Shown: piece by piece, positions 48,936-60,300 of the stretch
How the letters are laid out: each line of letters opens with the position of its first letter
Numbering within the stretch: the stretch's first letter is position 1
Source of the DNA: Vitrella brassicaformis CCMP3155
Lineage: Eukaryota > Protista > Chromerida
Length of the DNA: 64,000 bases
Direction: 5' to 3'
Assembly (NCBI GenBank): GCA_001179505.1
Contig: CDMY01000291.1
Span: 68,040-132,039, forward strand
The notes under the pieces: model-generated
Told to the model about the DNA's origin: nothing
What the model saw: the letters and a program-made list of their open reading frames with translations, nothing else
Databases searched by the model: none
Translations under genes and position numbers: made by a program

Positions 48936-51346
48936 TCACACGCCGTAGTCTCTCAACATGTCGCGTAGGGCCCACCATGCGGGCTTCTTGTTGTAGTTCT
49001 CATCGTAGAGGAGGGGGCGGGAGTTCGTGAGCCACGTGTGCCTGTCGGTGAATCCCCACATGACGTACGCGGTGCAGTTGGGCTCTAGATTACAGACAGA
49101 CCAGAGACATGGAGGGAATGGTGCTCGCAGGTGTCTCTCGGTGTGTCGTGAGTGCGTACCATCCAGGCACACCGCCATCAAAGCAGAATACACACTAGCC
49201 TGATCGATGACAGACAGACGGACAGACGACAGACAGACGGAAAGACGACATGAAATGCGCATCCTTGGGGCATGTCTCTTTCTTTCTATTTCCAAAATTC
49301 CCTACCTGACGGCTGGCTTGTGCATCCCCCCAGTCGGCGCATGGGACCCACCTGTCGCCGCCCACCATTTCGCCAGTGGGGGCGCGCCACTCGCCGCAGC
49401 CCACGTCCAGCTCGGTGAACTGGACTTCCAAGCCGAGCTCGCCGTATCGCTGGATGTTCTTGCGCACGCCGTCGACCAGGTCGTAGTAGGTGTTGATGTG
49501 CAGCTGGAAGCCCACACCGTCGATGACGCCGTCCCTTTGCAGGCCCCTGACCATGTTGTACATGGCATTGGACTTGCCGCGCGACCAACCATCCTGGGCA
49601 GACGCAAAGACGCTGTCCACGTGTGTCTCGCGTGTGTACGTGAGTTCGTACCATCGACGCGACGCCGTAATCGTTATAGTAGAGCTTGAATGGCTTGTTT
49701 TTCGCGGACAGGGCCCTGCTCGCGACGTGGAAGGTGTGCGACACCCAGTCGGGAATGGCGGGGTACAGGGCACCGTCACTGCGGTATCTCGGCGTCTGGC
49801 CACCGTCAGGCTGGTTATCGTCCATAGCTGAGTCGCCACGCAAGAACGTCAAGAAGACCTTTCTTCGATGTGCGTACGTCAAGAAGCCGCCTCCCTGTCT
49901 CACCTTCGTTGGCAACGTCCCACCAGAGTACTCTGTCGACGTAGTGGTCGATCACCCTCTCAGTAAATGACGTGAGGGCGTTCCTCTTGTCATTGGGGTT
50001 GAGTCCCTTGAACCATCCCGGGAGCGAGAAGTACCAGGCCAGGGCGTGGTAGCGGAACCCCATGCCGTTGTCCTGGCAGAAATCAGCTATCCTATTGAGA
50101 CACGAATGGATTGATTGTCCACTCCTCGGCCATCCTACTTGCTGCGTACCTGTCGCATAGGTTCCAGTTGATGGTGTTGGCGTTTGGTGCTATCGCCGTG
50201 TGTTTGCACTCCCACTCGGCGACGGCCATGTTGTACTGCTCAGCGAGGATGCTGGTGTATTGGCCATTGTTCATGTGGGCCGTGTTGATGGCCGAGCCGA
50301 TGTACAGCTTCCGATTGTCAGCCAACGCGCGAAGAGTGCCTGAACACGCACAGTTGGGCATGTATGGAAAGACACATACAAACATACCTGCTTCAGAGTC
50401 GCCGGGTTTGATGAACGACTCCTTAGTGGTGGTGAGCTGGAACTGTGTGATGCCGCCTTGCGGTGAGCCAGAGAGGGGGATGAGGACCCCGGGCACTTCG
50501 GGCAGAGGAGGAGCTGACCACCCACAGGGGCTCATGCACCAGTGACACGAGTCCCCACACACGTGCAGGCACGCACGGCAGAGCCACAGGATCGGCCTGG
50601 TAACGGATGCGCCCTCTGATCCCTCGACAGCACTCTCTGCCTCATCCATAACTCCCGGGCATTTTTCGGGGCCCGAGATCGCCAGGGCTCCTCCAGTCTG
50701 CTCGGACTTGGGAAACTCCGAGGCATGTAGTTTGCATTGTGTCTGCTCCGGTACGAACGTGAAGGCCTTGCAGTCGCTGCGCTTCGCACAGAGATGCTGG
50801 CACGCTTCGGTCGTCAGCACGTCCAGGACCCTGAGCACAATGCGGCTGTCGTACGTCACGCCCTCCTCATAACAATCTGCCGACCAACAGACACAGACGA
50901 GAAGAAAATGTCTCTCAAAGACCCATTGGCCTCTCTGGCGATTTGCGTACCGGGGAAGCATGTCTTTGGCCCAGTGAGGGCCCCCGAGTCGTCCACGGAC
51001 GCGGTGGCGAGTGCCGCAGCTGACTTGAGCCAGCACTGCTTCTCGTTGTCGCGGTAGTTGAAGACAGCACACTCGGGGAGTGCCTGGCACTTGGACTGGC
51101 AGTGGTCGACGGAGCTCGTGTCCCTCCACGCTTGCACATCGAAACCTATGTAGTCCTTGCCCGGCGTGAAGCAATCTGGTCGGAAACAGGGAAGTAGTCT
51201 TGTCGGAAATTGCGATGCAGTGGGTTTCCGCACTTCTTACCCTTCGGCACTTTGAGGCTTCTCCTGGCAGCTCCTTGGTCATCTACGGCATTGTCGGCGT
51301 AGGCTCCCGCAAGAAAGGTGACCAGCAAGAAGAAAAGAGCAGCCAT
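48936..51346 (-). CDS. Secreted GH10 endo-xylanase with two N-terminal PAN/Apple domains
   Basis: Signal peptide MAALFFLLVTFLAGAYA. Two PAN modules: CFTPGKDY...CQSKC...CAVFNY...CWLK...GPKTC and CYEEGVTY...CQHLC...CKAFTF...CKL...GPEKC. GH10 motifs EWECK, RYHALAW, WDVANE (acid/base), LYYNDY, IDGVGFQLH, FTELDV (nucleophile), WGFTD and PLLYD. Confidence 0.92.
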
Positions 51347-51605
51347 TTTCGTCTTCGAAAATCGCGACTTTCCGGGCCCCAAGTTGGGGGCGAATTCCGA
51401 GATCGGATCGATGAGAACGTGGATCGTTCACAGAAGTGTCACGGAACATAGACACATCGAGCCATACGCAACCCACATCAATGACATGTATTGCATGGAT
51501 GCCTCCCTTCCGTCCGTCGACGTCTGCCGGCACATCTTGTCTCAAATAATATGTGTGTCTGTGTGTTCGTGTCCTTTTCTCTTTCCGACGTGTCGCTTCC
51601 GTGCT

Positions 51606-52199
51606 TCAAGTGCCGAGCAGCTTCTGCAGACACGTGTTGTAGAGGTTCTCGCACTTGTCTGACGTATAGTCAATGCAATGCATCCACACACACACGCAGT
51701 CCCACACGCATTCAATACAGCGATGAATGAGTGTACGCACCTTTGTAGTTGTTGCTGAGTGTGGGGCAGAATGTGAGCAGTGCGCGGCTGCGGGACAGCC
51801 ACTTCTCGGCGAAGCTGAGGTTTTGCAGGCGGAAGTAGTACACGCCGTTGTTCCACGCAGTCGCAGCAAACCACTCCAGCTGCACACGCAGATACACAGA
51901 TGGACAGACAGACAGACAGACGAACAGACAGACAGACATGCGAAGCTGTTCGTTAGTCCCATGGACCTCGTCGTTGGGCCATCCCTTAGCGCCTGTGGCG
52001 CTGATGCGGTCGTGCAGCTCGTTGTAGATGGGCAACGTCTGGTTACGAGACGAACGGGACTCTGCACACATACACACTTTCAGCTCTGTCGTACCTGTGT
52101 GTATTTATGCGAACCTTCGATTTCGACGAGCGATCGGTATGCCATGGCTACCTTGGCGAGGTCGGGGCCGGAGGAGCTGGCAAACGACGACACCAGGTA
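51606..52199 (-). pseudogene. 3'-terminal four exons of a ZIP4/SPO22/TEX11-like meiotic TPR protein; 5' part absent
   Basis: The spliced product ...GWPNDE|LEWFAATAWNNGVYYFRLQNLSFAEKWLSRSRALL...YK|DKCENLY...LLGT* matches the recalled ZIP4/TEX11 C-terminal pattern (YPxEExxWLxxxAWN...AxKW). No upstream exons were found. Confidence 0.65.
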
Positions 52200-52254
52200 C
52201 TGCATCGTAAACACCGATTCGCCGTGTTCTGTCGTGTGATGGTGATGATTGCAG

Positions 52255-53020
52255 TGTCGAGTCGACTGAAGGACAGCAAGGCGTCTTGTGACGGTAGTGT
52301 TGCTGAGTGGACGGCGGACAGTGACGTACAGCCGACAGACAGGTACAAGGCCGTTGTGGAGCGGCCAATATGACCCTTCGGTGCTCTCTCTCTCTCTCTG
52401 TCAGTTGTCAGTATTCTGTGGTGTCGCCGGGCATAGCTCTGCATGACCTCCAGGCCAACCTCGCCTATGTGGTGGACGAGCTCGTCACGAGAGAACAGCT
52501 GCACCAGGCGGCACTGCAAAAGGCCGGAGACACTGACCTGGAGAAGGCCGACACTGAGGTGTCGCAGCGGCATCACACTGGCGGCTGGAAGGCCCTCTAC
52601 GAGGCATTCAAGAAGGCCAAACGGACACTCATCAAAGCCGGCAGCCCGCCGGTCAGCGGACGAGAGCAGTCGATGTCCCTCTGTCTGTCGATGAGCATAA
52701 ACCCACCTCTGTTGCGTTGAATGCAGGGGGCCATCCCGGAGGTCCTCGCGAGCCTCGTGCCGATGGTAGTGGATACGCCAGCCGCCACAGAGGACGTCCC
52801 GATGAGCGGCATATCGTCACCCGCCAGCTCAACCCGGTCAAAGCAGAGCGATTGCCAGGAGGCCCTCACGCCCCCCTCTCACCTCGTGTGGGTCGATTGG
52901 CATCGGCTCAGCAGCCAAGACAAGGACAGCGCAGCCCTGTCGATGTCAGTGGAGGCCGTCTACGATGCCGTGGCGGCGATGGACGGCACCGCGGCCAGCA
53001 AGAATGACGACGACAAGTAG
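52255..53020 (+). pseudogene. Duplicated 3'-terminal exons of the LRR/multi-TM gene (5'-truncated paralog)
   Basis: VSSRLKDSK...|YSVVSPGIALHDLQANLAYVV...|GAIPEVLASL...KNDDDK* is nearly identical to the last exons at 57359-58135. It begins inside an intron, with no upstream exons. Confidence 0.7.
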
Positions 53021-54213
53021 GTCTGTCAAGGCAGCGGCGACCCATGTGAGGGAATGTCAGCCGAGGCGATGGGACAGTTGTGCGCAGACGGGACGATTAA
53101 ATTTATCGTTATACATATGCTGTGGAATGAGGGCTCGTGTGTATGCTTGTTTGTTGCGTTGTGTTTTCTGATGGTTTTCATCGAAACTCAAGACGTATAC
53201 ACGTGTAATCGACACGTGTCTGCAGGTGAGAGAGGAGTGCGTGGGACGAGTGCATGTGGGCACGCACCCTTTCTTTGGCTCTGCTCTTTACATGGCCGTT
53301 GGTAGTTGGTGGTTTTATGTTGGTTTTTATGCATCTCAGCGTCCTTTTGTGGCCCATTTTGATCGATAATGCGCGAGTGGCAGACAGAGCATAGGTCCAC
53401 ATCTTACGTGTACATGCATGATAGGTCTGATTCCATACATGTAGGAAATTCATGCTGTTGTCACCAAAACGAACGCAGTCGCCTGACATGCTCAGTCTCG
53501 TTCAGAGAGTGTGGGAAGGGATCACATCACTGACGCTTCTGAATGAGGACATTCAGTCATACAATCGAGCCACATCCGATCCCCAACCCGTACGTCAGAT
53601 GCACACGCATGCCAGCCCTCACTGCAGCTGGAAAAAATCACAACCGCACCGCCCACATGCAGCCAACAAACATGTATGTATAAGCCACCTGATTGTGGCT
53701 GTACCACACGCCACCACACACATCGCAATCAGAGAGCAGCAGCAGCAGCAGAAAAGGATATGTGCACACGGATAAAAGTGGCCCACATTCCGGCATCCAC
53801 GTGCACACACGATGTCCCTCCCCCCGCTCCCCACCACATAGAAAGAGCGAGAGAGAGAGCATTGGCAGCAGCATAGCATTACTCGCTCACCACATCAAGC
53901 CACTTCACAAACAAACGCGCATCAGCAAGCGACTCTCTTTGGCAAATCCGTACCTACAGACATGACTGTACTAACTGACTAACTAATTGACCAACTAACT
54001 AGCTGACTAACCAAGCAAGTCGTCCACAGAGCAGCCAAGACAGACAGACAGCCACACACAGACAGACAGGTTGAGCCGTAGGTGGACATCCATTGATGCA
54101 CATCCCTCCCCCACGCACTCTCTCGTGCCATCTGGGATTGGCCTTCCCTCCAGGTTTCGGAGGCAGCCATTCATGTGTGGCATCGCACTGAACAAGAGGA
54201 ACGCCGATGGGCT

Positions 54214-54924
54214 TCATTGATCACCAGTATCTTCCCCAGGTCCGTCGCTGTCGAAGGAGTCATCAGCCTCGTCGCGCCGGTTGTCGCGCCGGTTGTCGCG
54301 CCGGTCGTCCCGGTCGTTGTCCCGATCGTTGCGCCGGTCGTTGCCATCATCCCCAGTATCCTCCCCAGGTCCGTCGTCGTCGAAGGAGTTATCAGCCTCG
54401 TCCCCAGTATCTTCCCCAGGTCCGTTGGGATTGAGAGAACTATCGGCCCTGCATGCATCACACATTGCAGCGAATCAGGAGTTCCTGCATGCATGCTTAC
54501 GAGTCTGGTCGTCGCAGCGCCCCGCTGCCGGAGCTGCTGCTGTCACTGCCAAGAGAGCTCCATCTATTGAGCCCGGAGTAGCTCTGAGATTGCGCTGGAG
54601 GGGAGATTGAGTCAGGGGCGTTGTTGGAATCCGCGTTGCCTCGAACATGTTGGTGAGGGCCTCGATTTCCTCTGCCGACAGCACGGACTGCAGTTCTCTC
54701 CGCTGATCCATCGCCTCATTTCGGTCCTCCTGCACTGCGCGAAGACGGCGACGCTGATGCAAAACAGACAGAACACAGAATCACGAAGACGATGCGTGAG
54801 TGACTGTCTGCCTTGAGTGCAGCTGACTGACCTGACCGACGTCAGAACTTCCGGTTCCTTGGCAGGGGGTGGCGGAGAGCATCGTAGCCGCCAGGCTGCA
54901 CAGAAAGACCGCTGATGTCATCAT
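54214..54924 (-). CDS. Secreted low-complexity D/G/N/R-rich protein (paralog Y), probable 1-nt frameshift near 54641
   Basis: MMTSAVFLCSLAATMLSATPC...|RRRLRAVQEDR...RRELQS. Alignment to the paralog (TTC AAC GGC vs TTC GA- GGC) indicates a deletion. The last exon has GPGEDTGD repeats. Confidence 0.65.
54222..54425. repeat. Coding tandem repeats (3x GPGEDTGD unit plus DNRR/NDR units)
   Basis: Three copies of CCCCAGT/CACCAGT-AT(C)-(T/C)TCCCCAGGTCCGT and repeated GTCGCGCCGGTT units. Confidence 0.85.
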
Positions 54925-55256
54925 GGCTTGAGCGTGTCACACTCAAAGATCTGGTTGAGAATGTGTGCTGTGCTCTGTGCTTTGGGGGAGGAGACAGGGA
55001 GAGCACAATATCTCTACACAATATCTCTCTTCTCTCGCTCGGCACCGGCTTCCTCTCCTCTCCCGTTCCATGGAAGACCCTACCACATCCATGGCTTTAG
55101 GGTAACAAGGTATTCTGTGAAACTGCTCGCATAAGGGACGGTGTGATGAGAGAGGAGAGGAGAGTACCTGTCTTACCTGTCTTCCCCCCGGCACGATTAA
55201 GCGCAAAGCACGCGACCAGATCTTTGCGTGTGTCGGAGAAACCCCAAATCAAGCTG

Positions 55257-56306
55257 ATGGCATCAGCGCGGCTCGCTGCGGTCCTTTTGACAGCGTGCTG
55301 CACAACTGCCACGGTGCTCTCCGCCACTCCCTGCCACGTCGAACAGGTAAGTCGCACTCAAGGCAGGCGCCAAGACAGTCACTCACGCACCTCTGCGTCT
55401 GCTCTGTTCTGTCTGCTTGGACCAGCGCCGTCGTCTCCGCGCAGTGCAGGAGGAGCGATTGACCGATGGCGGCCGAGGTGCCGTGATGAATCAAGGAGAC
55501 GGGGATCAGCGGCGAAAGCTGCAGTCCGTGCTGACGGACGAGGAAATGGATCGGTTGACTGGCATATTCAACGGCACCGACAGTTCAAGCTCAGCCTCGA
55601 CTCCAGCCTACTCGACGGGCTTGGGTTACAGTCGATGGGACTCGGGTGAGCAAAATGACAAGAGAACGATAGCATGCGTCGCCGAAGCGGTCGTGTGTTT
55701 CTTTCAGGGGTTAGCAGCAGCACCGCCGGCAGCGCAAGCAGCAGTTCCGGCAGTCCTGGGACGACAGGCGGGAACACAGGAGGGTCGGGAGCAGGAGACA
55801 GCGTCATCCCGCAGACACCCGAGCAAGGGATAGGCCAAGGGGGCGACGAAAGCTTGGCGCCACGATCTGAGCCCGATCCGTAGGCGATCACTTCGTGCTC
55901 ATGACCCAGCCATAGTGAGAATGTTGATCTGACCTCCCTTGGTCAGGCACGATCCCCCACCTCCACAGTTGGACCGCCCTGTTGTGTAAGCATACACCTC
56001 CTGCTGACGACCCACGCATCGTGTGAATGTTGGTCTGACTTCTGTGGTCTCAGGGACGATTTTCCTGGTATTGACAACGGGAACGATGACGGGCGGGGTG
56101 GTGGCGGCGTGAACGGTATTGGCGACGGAGGCAACAATGGACGTGGTACCGGCTTGGAAGACAACAATGACAGAGGGGGTGGTCTCGGTAATGACAGAGA
56201 TAACGGAGCAGGTGGTGTCGGTGGCGGTGGAAGTGACAGCGGCTCCGATGGTGGGAACAGTGGGGATTCTGGAAGTGACGGAGGTGGCGGCGGTGGCGAT
56301 GAGTGA
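55257..56306 (+). CDS. Secreted low-complexity S/G/D/N-rich protein (paralog Y') with an RxLR-EER-like motif
   Basis: MASARLAAVLLTACCTTATVLSATPCHVEQ|RRRLRAVQEER...RRKLQS...|GVSSST...|DDFPGIDNG...GGGDE*. The 3' exon structure is less certain. Confidence 0.7.
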
Positions 56307-57358
56307 CGGCATCGCCGGTCGTTCCTTCCTTCTTGACTACTGTAATGCCATGGCTGCCTCCGAAATCCTGGAGGGAAGGCCAATCCCAGATGGCAGGACA
56401 AGAGTGCGTGCAGGGAGGGGTATGCATGCATGCGTGGCGTCGTTGTGCCTGTCCACGTACGTTTCATGTCTGTCTGTATCTGTCTGTCTGTGTCTGTCTG
56501 TCTGTCTGTCGTTCTTTCTGTCTTGGCCACTCAATGCATGACCAATCAAGCCAGTACCGTCATGTGTAGGAAGGGTTTCGCCAACCAATCTGTGCACGTG
56601 TGTCTTTGTAATGCTAATACATTGTCCCATTTCTCTCTCTCTCTCTCTCTCTGAGTGTGTGTGTGTGTGTGTGTGTGCAGGGGTGTTTAAGCCCCGCAGG
56701 CATTTTATCAGAACGGTCTGGTGCTCTTTGCATCACGATTTACCTGGTAGAGTCCCTAGCGAGTCTGCTGCGTGTGTGCGGCAGTGTCTGTTCGCCGGCT
56801 GAGTGACGGCTGGCATGCGTGTGCGTCGGACACATGCATTTAGCAAGGATGGGCGGGAAGCGAACAGTGCAGATGGGGGTGATGACTGTCTACGCGGGTT
56901 TCCCATATGAATGCGAACAGACCAATCGCTTGTGCAGATTTACTTAATGCAAGTCTTCCTATGGCTATACAAAACACACCAGCAAAATGGCTCACGCACG
57001 CAGCATTGTCAAAATGGGCCTAACACCGAGATAAAACCAAAAGACGTACCGCACCCACGGTATGGCCCAGCCGGCCATGTAAGAGCAGAGTCAAAGAAAA
57101 GGGTGCGTGCCTACATGCACTCGTCCCACGCACTCCTCTCTCACCTGCAGACACGTGTCGATTACACGTGTATACGTCTTGAGTTTCGATAAAAACAGTC
57201 AGAAAATACAACGCAACAAACAAGCATACACACACACGCCCCTCATTCCACAGCATAAACACATATACAACGATAAATTTGATCGTCTCGTCCCCGTATG
57301 CCAGTCCCATCGCCTCGGCTGACATGCGCTCACATGAGCCGCCGCTGCCTTGACAGAG

Positions 57359-60300
57359 CTACTTGTCGTCGTCATTCTCGTTGGCTGCGGTGCCATCCAT
57401 CGCCGCCACGGCATCGCAGACGGCCTCGGCTGACATCGACAGGGCTGCGCTGTCCTGGTCATCGCTGCTGAGCCGATGCCAATCGACCCACACGAGGTGA
57501 GAGGGGGGCGTGAGGGCCTCCTGGCAATCGCTCTGCTGCGACCGGGTTGAGCTGGCGGGTGACGACATGCCGCTCATCGGGACGTCCTCCGTGGCGGCTG
57601 GCGTCTCCAGTGCCATCGGCACGAGGCTCGCGAGGACCTCCGGGATGGCCCCCTGCATTCAACGCAATCGTCATCGACAGACAGAGATGGACATCGGTAG
57701 CTCTCGTCCGCTGACCGGCGGGCTGCCCGCTTTGATGAGTGTCCGTTTGGCCTTCTTGAATGCCTCGTAGAGGGCCTTCCAGCCGCCAGTGTGATGCCGC
57801 TGCAACACCTCAGTGTCGGCCTTCTCCAGGTCAGTGCCGTCAGCCTTTTGCAGTGCCGCCTGGTGCAGCTGTTCTCTCGTGACGAGCTCGTTCACCACAT
57901 AGGCGAGGTTGGCCTGGAGGTCATGCAGAGCTATGCCCGGCGACACCACAGAATACTGACAACTGACAGAGAACGAACCACAGAGAGAGAGAGAGAGAGA
58001 GACAGCACCGAAGGGTCAGATTGGCCGCTCCACACATGGCCATTTACCTGTCTGTCGGCTGTACGTCACTGTCCGCCGTCCACTCAGCAGCACTACCGTC
58101 ACGAGACGCCTTGCTGTCCTTCAGTGGACTCGACACTGCAAGCATCACCATCAGCACACGGCGAATCGGTGTGGTGTGTAGTCGTGTGTCAAGCAGCAAG
58201 GTGACCTGCATGTCTTAAGGAGCGTTGGTTTGCGAATGCGTGGGAGAGGTCGCTCGTCCCCATGTGCCGCAAACCCTGCCAACACACACGTAGTACGTGT
58301 CTACCCATCACACCGCCACAGGAATGCCTCACTGTGGCGCTGGTTCCGTCGGGTCTCGGCAGGTGGACGACCACCTGCCCTCGTCGTCGGCTGCGCATCT
58401 CCACTGTCTTCTGCCGCAAACTCTGCACCAGGAAGGCGTGGCTCCACAGAAACTCATGGCTGACCAATGGAAGACAAAAGAGACGTACCGGTGAGGTGTA
58501 CTGTGGAGAATGGTGAGTCGTGAGCTTACAAGTCGCTGGGGACGTGTGTGAGTTTGAGGGTCTCGATGACGTCCTGCATGGCGGCTGACGTCAGCTGCAT
58601 GGCCGACACCACACGGTGCACCGGCCGGCCGAAGGAGGGGTGGCACTTGCCCGACGCAGCAGAGGCAGCAGCAGGGGGGCCGTCCACAGAGAGGGCCGCG
58701 CTGGACCAGTCATAGAAGACTTTGGGGGCGACCTCTCGTCTTTGCTCCTCTCTGTGGATCAGCCACGACACAATCGGGCCCGTCAGACAACCGGTCATCA
58801 AACGAGCTGAACAGTAACACAAAAAGATGACACGATACACAAAGGAGAGAGAGACTCTGTGCTCTTCCTTTGCCCACCGATGGCCTGTTTGCGGTCCGTG
58901 AGGGCCGTGTATCTGTAGCCCACTTGCAGCAGGCCAAATCGGCATATCTGAATGGCCAACATGATGTAGTGGACCAGGTTGACCGCAATGACCACCAGCA
59001 CCAGGGCGATGGCCAGGGAGGTCCCCTCGGGCAGTATGACAACGAATTGCATGATAAACAGCGACATGAGCCACACCAGCAGCCCTCTCAGCTCTGTCAA
59101 ATTGAGAATGTCCATGCTGCCTCTGTCGAACGGCCACACGGCGAACTGCAGCGCCAGACACGCTGCGGCGATGACTGTCCAGCCGAGCAGCTGTCTGTTC
59201 TCCGAAGTCGCTTGCTGTGCGATAAGCAGCACCAAGACCCGCCTCATCGCCAGCACTGCGTCCCAGTAGTAAAAGTGCTTCCGGTATCCCGTGTAAAGGA
59301 AGCCCACTCGCCTGCGCGTGTGGTGGTCCTGTAGACTGTCTCGATGCCGCCACAGAAAAGCCACGCCACATATGACAGGGGCGAAGGTCCACAGCAGCAG
59401 ACCAGCCACAGCGGTCCAGAGGAACGGCGCATGTTCGGCCGACCGGCAGATGACGTGTGGATCGAGGTCCATCCGGGGCCTTGGGTGGTCCCTCGGGTCA
59501 AAAGGCAGCCGACTGACACCCTCGCCGGTCGCGATAGGGATCACATCGGGCACATAGGGATACCATCGGCAGCGCAGGAGGGCCAGCATACTCTTGGTGA
59601 CGGTGGGGTGAATGAACGTGAGAATCACGACCATCATGGTGCCGCGGTCGTCGAGCCACTGCCGCCATCGGCCGCTCTTGCGGGGCTCCGCCAGGGAGTG
59701 TTGGCACGAATGGGGCGTCTCTGGCTCGGTTGCCGACTCCTGGAATGTGACTGCTCGCTGGTAAGGACCNNNNNNNNNNNNNNNNNNNNNNNNNNNNNNN
59801 NNNNNNNNNNNNNNNNNNNNNNNNNNNNNNNNNNNNNNNNNNNNNNNNNNNNNNNNNNNNNNNNNNNNNNNNNNNNNNNNNNNNNNNNNNNNNNNNNNNN
59901 NNNNNNNNNNNNNNNNNNNNNNNNNNNNNNNNNNNNNNNNNNNNNNNNNNNNNNNNNNNNNNNNNNNNNNNNNNNNNNNNNNNNNNNNNNNNNNNNNNNN
60001 NNNNNNNNNNNNNNNNNNNNNNNNNNNNNNNNNNNNNNNNNNNNNNNNNNNNNNNNNNNNNNNNNNNNNTGAACAGTAACACAAAAAGATGACACGATAC
60101 ACAAAGGAGAGAGAGACTCTGTGCTCTTCCTTTGCCCACCGATGGCCTGTTTGCGGTCCGTGAGGGCCGTGTATCTGTAGCCCACTTGCAGCAGGCCAAA
60201 TCGGCATATCTGAATGGCCACCATGACATAGTGGACCAGGTTGACCGCAATGACCACCAGCACGAGGGCGATGGCCAGGGAGGTCCCCTCGGGCAGTATG

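Larger units (their letters stand above)
52210..58170. repeat. Diverged ~6 kb inverted duplication centred near 55.1 kb
   Basis: 52210-53330 matches 57050-58170 in reverse. 53980-54200 matches ~56330-56570. The 5' exons of the two central secreted genes are homologous. Confidence 0.9.
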
